A DNA stretch of 64,000 nt. Source: an uncultured delta proteobacterium (GTDB lineage: Bacteria; Desulfobacterota; Binatia; DP-6). Position 1 is the stretch's first letter. Each line of letters opens with the position of its first letter. The stretch lies in assembly GCA_963815115.1 (NCBI GenBank), contig CAWFFN010000005.1, positions 1,472,001 through 1,536,000 of the forward strand, given 5' to 3'. A program made the position numbers and the translations under genes. This document shows positions 1-11,192 of the stretch, piece after piece. The notes beneath the pieces were generated by a model. The model was not told the origin of the DNA, did not search any database, and saw only the letters and a list, made by a program, of their open reading frames with translations.

Positions 1-1124
1 ATGGCGGCCGCGAGGAAGCGTGCGGTGGCCTCGGCGTTGCGCTCCCACGTCATGCCTCACGTCGGCGCGGATCGGCGGGGTCCCGGCGTCGCGCGAGGAC
101 GTGGCGAGGGCGCCGCGAGCGCGGTCGAATTGCCGGGAGGCACGACAGCCCGCCGGTGGTCAGCAGCGGGCACGTCACCGAGCGGCGTCGCGACGACCGG
201 CGTCCCGCAGGCGAGCGCCTCGCGCACGACGTTCGGCCCTCGGCCGCGCTCGGAGCACCACGATGTCGGCCGCCCGCATCCACTGGGGGATCGCCGGGTG
301 CGAGCTTCGCCAGCAGCCGCAGCCAGGAGCCAGCCGCCCGAGGACGCCGCGCTCGAGCCGGGCGTGGAGCGGCCCCAACCCGACCAGCGCGGGACGCATC
401 GGAACGGCTGGTCCGCGGCGCCAAAGGCCTCGAGCAATGTCGAGTCCTTCCCGTCGGCAAGACATCCGACTATAGGATTCAGCGGGCTCCTCGTCGACGT
501 GGAGGGCGCGGCTCGCGTCTCGCGCGTCGCCGGATCTGAACAGCCGAGGTCGACGCCGCTGGCAACACCGTACAGGGCGCGCCGCGCCCCTTCCCGGCGA
601 GCGTGCGCCCGGGCTTGCGCCACCACGGCGACCGCCGCGCAGCGCCGAATCGCCCACCGTGCGAGCCAGCGGACCGTCGCGGACGCGATGCGGGAGGCCA
701 TCGACGTGGTGCCTCGCCCGAGGCAGGCGACGGGCACGCCCAGCCGGCGCCCGAGCAGCACCGCGGCCAGCCGATCGGCGAGCACGGCCTGCGCGAAGAG
801 GACGTCGGACTGCCCCTCGCGCGGCAGCGCGGCGACCGGGTCACCGCCCCGAGCGCCATGGCAGACCCCTGCCCACGGTCCCATGCGTGGCACCAGCAGA
901 TAGCGCGGAACAGCAGGCGCAGTCCGTCGATCTCGGCTCGTCGGCGTGCGCGGCGTACGGGCCCAGCCGCCGCCCGGCCCCTCGAGCGCAGAGGCGCCCA
1001 TGGCGTCGGGACGACCACCACGACCGGGACGCGGGCGGAGGGAGAGCGCCGGGCGCACGTGCACCGGGTCGACCCGGCCTCGCGTCCAGGGAAGGCCGAC
1101 CGAGAAGGACGACGTGATGCTCAT
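1..1124 (-). CDS. GT4-family glycosyltransferase, frameshifted, runs off the window edge
   Basis: Fragments in several frames: DVLFAQAVLADRLAAVLLGRRLGVPVACLGRG, WMRAADIVVL, PNVVREALACGTPVVATPLGDVP (GT4 C-terminal motif). Confidence 0.75.
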
Positions 1125-1166
1125 CGGTCCGGCTCCCGGAACTCATGTCGAGGGCATCGACCCCTG

Positions 1167-1876
1167 TCACGACTCATCATCCCTCCCCTGTCTGCTGGTG
1201 TTCGAGCTCGTGAGGCGGGCGCGGCCACCGATCCGGTCGGATGGCCGCGCCCGCCGCCCGCCCGTCGGAGCGCCGCAGACACGGCGGCCCGGGCCACGTG
1301 GGACCCCGGTCCGCGTCACGATGGCGAGGCGTCCAGACCGTGCGTCGTTCAGGTAGGCGAGGGGTGCCGGCTTTCCGGCAGCACCACCTCCGATAGGCGC
1401 GCTCGGGATCGGCGAACGTCGCGAGGGTGCACTCCTCGATCGCCCAGGCGAGCGACGCGGGGTCGTTGAGGCCGGGGCGGGCCGAAGACCGCGCGCTGCG
1501 CGTCCGTGTACCGCGCCACGTAGTGCGGCGGCTCGGGACGCGGCCCCGCCAGGCTCATGTCGCCGCAGATCAGTTCCAGAGCTGCGGCGGCTCGTCCAGC
1601 TTCGCGCGCCGGAGCCGCGCGCCGAGCGGCGTGATGCGCGGATCGGCGCCCGCATGATCGCGGGGCCCGTCCGCGGAGCGCCGCCGCGCATGGTGCGGAG
1701 CTTCAGCAGGACAATGGCCGCCAGGCGGCCGATCCGGTATGCCGGAAGAGGCCGGGTCCGCGACGTCGCCCGCACGAGCAGCGCGAGGACCGCGAGAAGC
1801 GGCGCGAGGGCACCAGGAGCAGGCCCGCGAGGTCAGGTCGAGCAGGCGGCGGAGCAAGTCATCGGCGAAAGCGCAT
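1167..1876 (-). CDS. Bacterial sugar transferase (priming glycosyl-phosphate transferase), frameshifted
   Basis: KLRTM, DPRITPLGARLRRAKLDEPPQLWN and MSLAGPRPE motifs split over several frames; ends approximate. Confidence 0.8.
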
Positions 1877-1886
1877 GGCGCGGCTC

Positions 1887-3109
1887 CTAGCGGCGGGCCT
1901 GCGCGTCACGTCGGCCACGGCGGCAACAACATCGTCGACGTCGCGGTCCGACATCGCGGGGTAGAGCGGAAGGCTCACGACCCGACTCCAGGCCGCTTCC
2001 GTCCCCAGGAACTGGCCGCGGACGGTAGCCCCACGCCTTCGTTAGTACGGATCGGAGGTGCAGCGGAATGAAGTGCACGCTCGTCCCGACGTTGCGGGCG
2101 CGTAGCTCGTCGATGAAGCCGTCACGGACGATCCGCAGGACGCCGGTGCGCAGCCGGATCATGTACCAGGTGCCAGGCGTGCGTCGCCGTCGGCGGTGCG
2201 TGCGGCGGCAGCTCGACGGCGTCGAGGTGCGCGACGGCGCGTCGTAGTGCGCGGCGAGTCGGCAGCGCCGGCGTCGCGCAACCCGTACAAGCGCCGCAAG
2301 CTGCACCAGGCCGAGGTCGCCGCATGTCGGTCAGTGTTGTACTTGAAGCCCGGGTAGGGGACCTCGTAGCGCCAGGTGCCCGTCGCCGCTGTAGCGCTTC
2401 CAGGCGTCGCGGCTGATGCCGTGCAGGCGGCGCATGCGGACGCCGCTCGGCGCAGCTCGGCGTCGCGTCGTCACCAGCATGCCGCCTTCGCCGGTGGTGA
2501 GGTTCTTGGTGGCGTAGAAGCTGAAGGCCGTCAGCGTGCCGAGCGTGCCGACATGCGCCCGCGGTAGCGCGCCGGCAGCGCGTGCGCCGCGTCCTCGATC
2601 ACCGGCAGGCCGCCGCTCGCGCGCCAGCGCGAGGATCGCGTCCATGTCGCAGGGATGGCCGGCGAAGTGCACCGGCATGATCGCCTTCGTGCGCGGCGTG
2701 CACTTGCGGGCGACGTCCGCGACGCTCGATGTTGAGCGTGTCCGGCTCGCAGTCGACGAGCACCGGGCGCGCGCCGACATGGATGACGGCGTCGGCGGTC
2801 GACGCGAAGGTGTAGGCGTGGAACGATGACGTCGTCGCCCGCGCCGATGCCGAGCGCGTGGAGCGCGAGATGGAGGCCGGCGGTGCCGGAGCTGACGGCG
2901 AGCGCGTGCGGCACGCCCAGGAGCGCGGCGAATGCCTGTTCGAACCGCCCGGTCTTCGGGCCCATGGTCAGCCAGCCCGAGCGCAGCGTGTCGACCACCT
3001 CGGCGATCTCTTCCTCGCCGATCGAGGGCCGGTGGAACGGCAGCCAGGCCGCTGGTCCCGCGGCGGGCGCATCGCTCTCGTGGCGTGCGAGCTCGGTGGC
3101 GCGTCTCAT
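1887..3109 (-). CDS. DegT/DnrJ/EryC1/StrS PLP aminotransferase, frameshifted
   Basis: [67 protein letters not shown]. Confidence 0.92.
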
Positions 3110-4108
3110 GGCTGTACCGTGGGCGCGGTCGCAGGAATGCGGCTCGCAACGGCGGCCGGCGCGACCATCCGGGGTCCGGCGGTCCGGGCGAGTCCCTGCG
3201 CAAGCTCGATGCTCGGGGACCAGCCGAGCGCCTGCGCGAGTGGCCCGGTTTCGTAGCGCACCGACTGCGTCGCCCAGGCGAGGCGGTAGGCGAGGGCGCG
3301 TGCAGTCCGCGGGCTCGGGAGGCCCGCGATCCGGCGCAGCAGGCGTGCGGCGGGGACGTAGACCGGCTCGAGACGCTCGCCACGCGCGGCACTCCAGTGC
3401 GCCAGATACTCGGCCTGCGTCGGCATCCCGGGTCCCACGAGGTCGAGTGGCTCGACGGGCGCGCCGTGGCTGCGCAGCGCACGCACGACGGCCTCGGCGA
3501 CGTCGCGCACGTGCACCAGCGGCAGCAGCATTCCCGGCGAGCCGAGGACGAGAAGCAGCGGGCCGACGGGCCGCCGGGCGACCGGGCAACGAAGTCGCGC
3601 CGCCCTCCGTAGACGATGCCGGGGCGGAGCACGACGGTGTCGAGCCCGCCGTGGCGATACAGCTCGACCCAGCGCTCGGCCCCGATCTTCGACCACGCGT
3701 AGTCATAGCGCAGCTCGGGAAAGGATCGTAGCCGTCCGCGGGGCGGACGACCTGCCCGTCGCCCTTGCGGCCGTAGACCGCCACGGTGCTCAGGTGCACC
3801 ACGCGGCCGACGCGCGCGCGCTCGGCCGCCGCGAGCAGGGCGTGCGTTCCCCCGACGTTGACTCGGCAGTGGAGCGCCCGCCCGCCGTCTCCGAGATGCG
3901 CCGCACAGTGCACGACGGCGTCCATGCCCGCCACCGCGTGCTCCAGCGTCTGCGGCGCCGTGAGGTCGCCGCGCGCCACCTCGACCGTGCGCGGCAGGCG
4001 GTCGGATTGGGAGCGACAGAGCGCCCGCACCGCCACGCCGTCGGCGAGCAGGCGAGTCGTCACGTACCGGCCGACGTCGCCCGTGGCGCCCGTGACGAGC
4101 ACCTTCAT
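3106..4108 (-). CDS. NAD-dependent epimerase/dehydratase, frameshifted
   Basis: [13 protein letters not shown] Rossmann start; YAWSK (YxxxK); VLRPGIVYG. Confidence 0.88.
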
Positions 4109-5163
4109 GCCGGCACACTCCGGGCGCTCGCGAGGGCGTCCCCCGCACGCAGGCACGCGAGGATCGCCTCCAGCGCAGCCACCACCGCCGCGCCCTCCTG
4201 GAACGGGACGGGCGGGGGGAGCCCGTCGCGCAGGCTGCGGTGGAAGGCGGCGATCAGCGCGCGCGATGCCGGGATAGCCCCGCAGGCGGCCGGTCGCCTT
4301 GCCGAGCGCACGATCCACGACGCCCAGCGCCGTCTGCGCGGCGGTCGCGGCGGCGACGCGGAGCTGCGTCATCCGCCGGCCGGCGCCGGGCGTGACCTGG
4401 GCCAGCACGGCCCGCTGGCGCGCGAGATCCACGCGGATCGTGCCCTCCTCGCCGCGCAGCACGACGCCGAGCTCCCACGGCGTGGCGGCGAGCGAGACAC
4501 GCAGGGCAGCGAGGCCGCGCGTGCAGGCGAGGGTGACGCCCAGGTCCGTCCGGCCCACGGGTCCCGGGCGTCGCACGCCGCCACGCGCTCGACGTCGCCC
4601 ACGAAGTGGCGCGCGAGGTAGATGGCGTGCGGAGAACGTCCGTGAAACGGCCGCCCGGCAGCGTCCTGACCCAGGGGCCGGGCCGCGTACCTGCCGGAAG
4701 CGATTCGACGCCGTAGAAGATGTCGGCAGCCAGCACGCGACCGATGCGGCCGGTGCTCACCCAGCCGCGCGCCGTCAGCATGCAGGGCTCGAAGAGGAAG
4801 TTGTGGTCGACGCAGAGCGCTCCCGGCCGCCGGCGCAGCGCGGCAGCGACCAGCGCTGTCTCCGTGCGCGAGAGGGCGAGCGGCTTCTCGACCAGCACCG
4901 CGGCGCCCGCCGACAGCGCCCGGATCGCCAGCTCGGCGTGCGTGCCGGGAGGCGTGCAGACGTGGACCACGTCGGGGCGTTCGGCCGCGAGGCAGTCGTC
5001 CATGGTCCCGGTACGCGGCGCCGCCTCCGAACGACGCAGCGGTGCGCCGCGCGGCGTCCAGGTCGGGATCGCTGAACACGAGCGGCGCGCCGGCCCCGAG
5101 GCCGCGCACGGCAGCGGCGTGCGTCGCTCCGATGCGGCCGCATCCCACGACGGCGACCTTCAT
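4105..5163 (-). CDS. Gfo/Idh/MocA oxidoreductase, frameshifted
   Basis: [30 protein letters not shown]. Confidence 0.9.
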
Positions 5164-6157
5164 GTCCGCGCCTCGGGCGGGGTCATCCCGGATGTGCCGC
5201 TGCACGCGGCGCCCGCCACGCCGAATTCCGTTGGAAGTCCGCCGCTCACGCGGCCTCCGCATCCCGCGCCTGACGGGGGACGCACACCGCATCGCCAGCG
5301 GAGCCAGCCGCTCAGCTCTCCGGCCCAGCGCACCATCTCGGGCAGCGGAGCGCGCCCGGGATCACCCCGGCCGCCCGGACCGGTCACGAGCACGCGCAGT
5401 CCGCTCCGTAGCATCTCGCGGCCGAGGAAGGCGGCCGTGCGCAGCGACGGGTACGGCGCATAGTGCCCCCAGCGCTCGGCGAGGAGGCAGTTCGCGAGCG
5501 CGTTCTTCTGGTAGAGGGTGAACAGCCCGCGCCACGTCGTGCGATGACGGTGCCGCACGACTGCGGTGGCCTCGTAGACCAGCCGCAGCCCCGTGCTGCG
5601 CTGCACGCGCCAGCAGAAGTCCAGATCGCCGCCGAAGACGCACGCGGCGTCGAATCCGCCGACGGTGTCGAACACCACCCGCGGGCACGCGGCATTGGCG
5701 GTCTGTGCAAATGGTAGGACCGGGTGGCGGACGGTGCGCTCGGCGCGCAGTGCGCGCACCGCCTGGTAGCGCTCGACGAGCCGGTCGGCGCGCCACGCCT
5801 CGATGGACCCGGCGGCGAGGCCGACGCGGTGGTCCTCGAAGGCGGCGGCGAGGGCGCGGACCCAGTTCGGGTCAGGCACGCAGTCCGCGTCCGTGAAGGC
5901 CAGCAGGTCGCCGTGCGACGCCGCGACGCCGCGGTTACGCGCGGCGTAGGAGCTCTGGACGCGGTCTCCTCGAGGAGGCGCACGGGGTACTCGGCGACCA
6001 CGGCCCGCGTGGCGTCGGTGGAGCGGTTGTCGACCACGATCAACTCGAGCGCCTCGCGCGGCCAGTCCTGTGCCAGCAGCGCCTCGAGGCACGTCCGGAT
6101 GGTCGCCTCGCCGTCGCGCACGGGCACCACCACGGCCACCGTCGGCAGCTCAGGCAC
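5160..6157 (-). CDS. GT2-family glycosyltransferase, frameshift near 5965
   Basis: VAVVVPVRDG...IVVDNRSTD, AARNRG, FTDADC, GGFD, GDLDFCWR. Confidence 0.9.
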
Positions 6158-6980
6158 CGACCGCCTCCGGGGCCTCCGGCGGCTGCACGCTCCCCGCGAG
6201 CGCCTCGGCGCGGCGGCGATAGCGCGTGAGCGCGTCGGGCAGATCATCGCGTCCCTCGTGCTCGACGGCGAGCATGCCGGCATACCCGGCGGCGCGCAGC
6301 GCCGACGCGAACGCATCCAGTCCGTCGCGCGGCCCCGGCAGCGACGGCTCCATGTGATGGCGCTTGCGTAGCTGGCGGAGCAGGCGCGCGGCGATGGCCG
6401 GCCGCCGCACCACCTTCAGGTGCACGTGCAGCACGCGCGGGCCGAGCAGGCGTGCCGCCGCCGCCAGGTCGCAGCCGAGGAAGGCGAAGTGGCCCGTATC
6501 GATGGCGGCGCCCACGGCGGGGGAGCAGGCGTCGAGCGCGGCCAGGACGTCGCGCGGGCTGGCGATCTCCGTGTACCAGTGATTCTCCAGCCCGAAGCGG
6601 ACGCCCTGGCGCTGTGCGCGCGCGTCGGCGACCGGCACGGCCGTGCGATCGAGCACGCCGGTCACGAGGTGCACACCCAGCTCGCGGGCGAAGTCGAATG
6701 CGCGAGCGAGGCGATCCTCCACCACGCGCGGCCGCAGCCCGAAGAGACCGCCGATGCAGTACGCGCGGAGCACGACGCCGCAGCAAGCAGCCTCGGCCGC
6801 CACCTGACGTGCCGAGATGCCGATGCTCAGGTAGTTGGCGTGTCCGACCCACAGCTCGGCCGCCGTGAAGTCGAGCGCGCGCAACTGGGCGAGGGCCTCG
6901 GACCCGACGAGGTGGCGGAGGCTGTAGGTGTTGCAGCCCACTTCCATGCTACGGCCCCTCCTGGTCATGCGCTCGCTCAT
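6150..6980 (-). CDS. Sugar phosphate isomerase/epimerase (xylose isomerase-like TIM barrel)
   Basis: GLENH, DTGH, HVHLK and AVEHE metal-ligand motifs. Confidence 0.85.
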   Translation of the reverse strand: MSERMTRRGRSMEVGCNTYSLRHLVGSEALAQLRALDFTAAELWVGHANYLSIGISARQVAAEAACCGVVLRAYCIGGLFGLRPRVVEDRLARAFDFARELGVHLVTGVLDRTAVPVADARAQRQGVRFGLENHWYTEIASPRDVLAALDACSPAVGAAIDTGHFAFLGCDLAAAARLLGPRVLHVHLKVVRRPAIAARLLRQLRKRHHMEPSLPGPRDGLDAFASALRAAGYAGMLAVEHEGRDDLPDALTRYRRRAEALAGSVQPPEAPEAVGA

Positions 6981-7963
6981 GGCTCTCGACCTTCGGGGCG
7001 GTGCCCTTCGACCGCCACGGCGTCGGGGTCCACCAGCTCCACTCCACGCAGCGCTCGCAGGCGGGCGCGGTAAAGTTGCCGTCGCGATGCATGCGGCGAA
7101 GGGCCTGCATGGCGGGGCCGTTCCAGGCCCGGAGCACCCCGTCCTGCACGTTGCCGAGCGGCGTCTTCAGGTCGTAGTCGCGCTCGCACGACGCCAGCGT
7201 GCCGTCCCAGAAGACGTAGGCATGGTACCAGAGATTGGGGCACGGGAGGCGGCGCATCGGGAGGGACTCCCGGTCGGTGCGATGCTCGGTGATGGCGTCG
7301 ACCTGGTCGCCCCAGGTGTCGAGGTGTTTCACGTTCACCTGCTCGACCTCGGGACGCTGCCAGCGGGCCAGGAAGGCCTCGACGTCGTCCCGGGTCTCGT
7401 TCATGGCGATGATCTGCATCACCACCCGGGTCGTGGCACCGGTACGCGCCTTGCGCTCGAGGAACCGATCGACGTTGCGCAGCACGCGGTCCCACTTCGC
7501 GTTCACGCGGACGCGCTCGTAGGTCTCCTTGGTCGCGCCGTCCATGGCGAGATAGAGCACGTCGAGTCCGGCATCGAGCACCTGGCGGCCGCGTTCCTCG
7601 TCGAGCAGCGTGATGTTCGTCGAGGTCTCCATGCGGATGCCCGCGCGCTTGCCGTAGCGAATCATGTCGAAGAGCTGGGGGTGCATGAGCGGCTCTCCCC
7701 ACGGAGTGGAGCACCGCCGAGCCGACCAAGGGGCCGATCTCGTCGACCACGCGCCGGTAGAGGTCCATCGCCATGTATCCCTTCGGCCTCCGGATCACGC
7801 CGAGCCCCGTCGGACACATGATGCACTTCAGGTTGCAGTGGTTCGTGGACTCGACGTAGATGCGATCGGGAAAGATCGGACCCGCACTGCGCGCGGTCGC
7901 GTACGTCGCGTACTTGACCGGCATGTTCAGCGTCGTCCGGACCGCCTTGACCCACCGCCGCAT
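6949..7963 (-). CDS. Radical SAM/SPASM-type protein, frameshift near 7700
   Basis: ESTNHCNLKCIMCP (CxxxCxxC); C-terminal CPNLW...DGTLASC...CERC. Confidence 0.9.
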
Positions 7964-8003
7964 GCGTCCGGATCGCGTTGCGCTTCGTTCATCGGGCCAT
8001 CCC

Positions 8004-8764
8004 TCAAGCGACCGCCACCTGCTCGAGTCGGCGGCGCGGTGCGGCGGCCACGTGCGGCACGTGCAGACGCTTCTCCGCCCGCACGAAGAGGTAGCGGGCG
8101 AACAGCGACGGGCGCAGACGGACGAGCGTGGGGTAGATCGCGTGCACGACGCGTGCGATGCCGCGGGCGTAGAACCACCGCGGGTAGAGGCCGCGACACC
8201 AGAGTCCGCGTGGCCCAGCAGCTCGCGCACCTCGAGGCCGTTGCGCTCGCAGTGCCGCCGCAGCTCCGCGGCCGTCAGGTGGCGGATGTGGTACGGGTCG
8301 GTCGGCTTCCGGGATGTAGGGGAATCGCCCGGCGAGGAGCCACAGGCGATATCGCCAGTGCGCCGTGTTCGGCTCCATCCAGATGAATTTCCCGCCCAGC
8401 CGGAGCACACGGACGCACTCGGCGACGTTGTCGTCGAGATAGAAGAGGTGCTCGAGGTTCGAGTTGCAGACGACGGTGTCGAAGTGCTGGTCGGGGAAGG
8501 GCAGCGTCATGGTGTCGAGGTCGACCTGCCAGGAAGGATGCCGCGCCGGGCGGTGCGCTCCGCGCCGACGCGGGAGACGTCGGTCCCGATGACCTCCGCG
8601 CCGCGGTCGCGCAGCAGCTTCGCCAGGAAGCCCGGGCCGCAGCCGGCCTCGAGGAGGCGCTCGCCGGGTTCGACGCGGCTCGTGATCATGCGCAGCCGGT
8701 CGAAGTCGACCTCGCCCTCGGGTAGCTCGGTCCAGTGGCGGTCGTAGTAGTCACACAGGTCCAT
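8004..8764 (-). CDS. Class I SAM-dependent methyltransferase, frameshifted
   Basis: LLEAGCGPG, LPFPDQHFDTVVC...LEH, HIRHLT. Confidence 0.85.
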
Positions 8765-8772
8765 CCTCAGCT

Positions 8773-9795
8773 TCAACGGCAGATCCGAGCGTACGCCTCG
8801 GCGATGGATTCCCACGCGCGCCTGCGCGCGGCGGCTGCCGCGCGTTGCTGCCACGATTCCAGGTCCGCGACCGCGGCTGCGGCCGCGAGCGCCGCGCGCA
8901 GCGCGCCCGGCGCGTCCGGGTCGTAGGCGATGGCACACCCTTCGCGCTCGAGCTCTCCCAGGCAGCCGCGGCGCGGTACCACCAGCGGCCGGGCGAAGGA
9001 GAGCGCCAGCAACGCGCCACCCGACGTGAGGACGTCGCGATACGGCAGCACAACGAAGTCGGCGGCCTTCAAGAACCGCTGCACGTCCGGATCGGGGACG
9101 AAGTCCAGGTGCGTGCGGACCCGTGCATCGCGCTGCGCGGCGGCGAGGACACCCAGCGCGTCGGCGTCCGTCGCTGGCCGTCCCGGCGACCACCAGCCGC
9201 AGCCGGGGATCGTGCAGGTCGGCGAACGCCTCCAGCAACGCGTCGACGCCCTTGTAACCGCGCAGCTGGCCGAAGCACACGAAGACGCGGTCCTTGCGGC
9301 CAGCCCCAGCTTCCGACGGGCCACGGTGGCCGGGAGGTCGTCCGGATAGCAGCCGATGTAGTGCCCGTGCGGCACGACGGCCGGTGGCCGGCGGCTCCGC
9401 GGGATCGCGGCGCGCGCTGCTTCCGCGTGCACCACCAGCCGGGTCGAGCGAACGAGGAACCAGCGCAGCACCCGGTCGACGGGATGGGTCTCGTGCGGCA
9501 GCGCGTTGTGGACAGTCCACACCACGCGGTAGCGCAGCAGGCGCGCGAGCAGCACGGCTGCCACGAAGGCGCTCACGCTGCGCGCCGTCGGCCGGCCTCC
9601 CGAGCGGTAGTAGAACTCCGGCCAGTGCAGGTGGAGGACCTTGACCGCGCGGGCGTGGCGCACGAGCCACCGGGGCGACAGCTCGGCACCGGCAGCGACC
9701 GCGACGCCGCGGGCGGCAAGGCTCCGGTACAGGAGATCGCAGTAGGGGTTGCCGCGCACGCTGCGCGGGAAGGCGGCGACTGCGGCGCGACTCAT
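8773..9795 (-). CDS. GT4-family glycosyltransferase, frameshifted
   Basis: NPYCDLL, LHLHWPE, WTVHN, FGQLRGYKG, AADFVVLPY...TSG. Confidence 0.9.
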   Translation of the reverse strand: MSRAAVAAFPRSVRGNPYCDLLYRSLAARGVAVAAGAELSPRWLVRHARAVKVLHLHWPEFYYRSGGRPTARSVSAFVAAVLLARLLRYRVVWTVHNALPHETHPVDRVLRWFLVRSTRLVVHAEAARAAIPRSRRPPAVVPHGHYIGCYPDDLPATVARRKLGLAARTASSCASASCAVTRASTRCWRRSPTCTIPGCGWWSPGRPATDADALGVLAAAQRDARVRTHLDFVPDPDVQRFLKAADFVVLPYRDVLTSGGALLALSFARPLVVPRRGCLGELEREGCAIAYDPDAPGALRAALAAAAAVADLESWQQRAAAAARRRAWESIAEAYARICR

Positions 9796-11180
9796 GCGCG
9801 GTCCCAGCCGGCAGCGATCGCCGCGCCCTGGACCGCCCCGAGGACGAGCCAGGGTGTCTTGCAGAGCAGGAGTTCGGTGCACGCGCCCCCGACCAGGAGG
9901 GTGACCAGGCCCCCGAGTAGCGCGAGCGCCACGTCCTCGGCCTCGTCGTCTCCCACCTGCATGGCCGCGCGATGCAGCCGCCAGACCGTGCGCGTGTGCG
10001 CCGCCAGTGCGAGCAGGAACAACGTGCCCCCGATGAGCCCCAGCTCCGCGATCGTGCTGAGGTAGATGTTGTGGGCGACGCGGTTGCCGCGGCTGTGCAT
10101 GAGCGCGAACCGCGGGTCGACGGGCGTCTCGAGCATGTACTCGTAGAAGGCGTCGTGAAAGCCCGCGAAGCCCGTGCCCTGGAGCGGCTTGTCGGCGACC
10201 ATGGCGAGGCCGACGCGCCAGATGTCGAACCGGCCCGCGAGCCGGTCGTTCTCCGTCTTCTCCCAGCGGTGGCGCAGGAGCTGCAGGGTGTTGTCAGGCA
10301 GCACGACCGGGAGCAGGAGGCCGACCACCGCGAGGGCGGCGAGACCGCGCGCCCCGAGGCGGGGGCGCCCGATGGCCAGCGTCACGAGCCCCGCCGCGAA
10401 GGCCACCGCTCCGCCGCGAGAGCCCGTCGCGACCAGCGCGAGGACGATGGGGATCACCGCCACCGCCCGCCACCAGCCCAGCGGAGTCCGCCGCGCGCGG
10501 AAGGCGAGCGCGGCGACCGCCGGCACTGCCAGCTGGGCGGCGAGGAAGTTCGGGTTGACCTCGTACGCGCCGTAGCGCAGCACGGCGCGCCCGGCCCCAC
10601 TCGTCGCCTCGACGAGTACCAGGACCGCGAGCACCGTGGTGGCGAGGAGCAGGACGTCGAGGGCGCGCGCGATGCGCGACCAGTCGTCCAGCACGTTGGC
10701 AGCCATCACGTAGAGCAGGAACAGCTGAGCCAGCGTGCGCAGCGCCGCCAGGGTCACGTCGGTGTCGCTCGCCCAGCCGAGGCTGATCGTGGCGAACGTC
10801 ACGTAGGCGAAGAGGAGCACTCCCGGTCGGCCGAGGCGGACGCGCCGGCGGGGACTCGCCACGACGTGGAGCACCCAGCCCCCAACCACCGCGATCCCGA
10901 GGAGGCGCGTGATGGTGAGCGCGCCGGTGTCGTCGAGCGAGGTCAGCGCGTCGAACGGGAGTGCCGCGACGAGCCCGAGGATCGCCAGGTGGGGGGCCAG
11001 GAGGAGGAGCGGTGCGGCGGGGAGGGCGAGTGCGGCCACGCCGAGCAGCGGGCTCGTGAAGCACGCCGCCGCGCCCGCCCCCAGCGTCACGAGCGCGACG
11101 GCAGCCGCGATCCACGGTGCGCGCGAGGCGGGCGCCGTCCCGCGTCCCCCGCCGATCGAGCTCCACGCCACACTCGTCAT
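9792..11180 (-). CDS. O-antigen ligase/polymerase (Wzy-like) membrane protein
   Basis: Many TM segments; NPN, TGSRGG, R..IW, P..G.G and AHNIYL..AELGLIG motifs. Confidence 0.9.
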   Translation of the reverse strand: MTSVAWSSIGGGRGTAPASRAPWIAAAVALVTLGAGAAACFTSPLLGVAALALPAAPLLLLAPHLAILGLVAALPFDALTSLDDTGALTITRLLGIAVVGGWVLHVVASPRRRVRLGRPGVLLFAYVTFATISLGWASDTDVTLAALRTLAQLFLLYVMAANVLDDWSRIARALDVLLLATTVLAVLVLVEATSGAGRAVLRYGAYEVNPNFLAAQLAVPAVAALAFRARRTPLGWWRAVAVIPIVLALVATGSRGGAVAFAAGLVTLAIGRPRLGARGLAALAVVGLLLPVVLPDNTLQLLRHRWEKTENDRLAGRFDIWRVGLAMVADKPLQGTGFAGFHDAFYEYMLETPVDPRFALMHSRGNRVAHNIYLSTIAELGLIGGTLFLLALAAHTRTVWRLHRAAMQVGDDEAEDVALALLGGLVTLLVGGACTELLLCKTPWLVLGAVQGAAIAAGWDRA

Positions 11181-11192
11181 CGTTCCCGCCCG

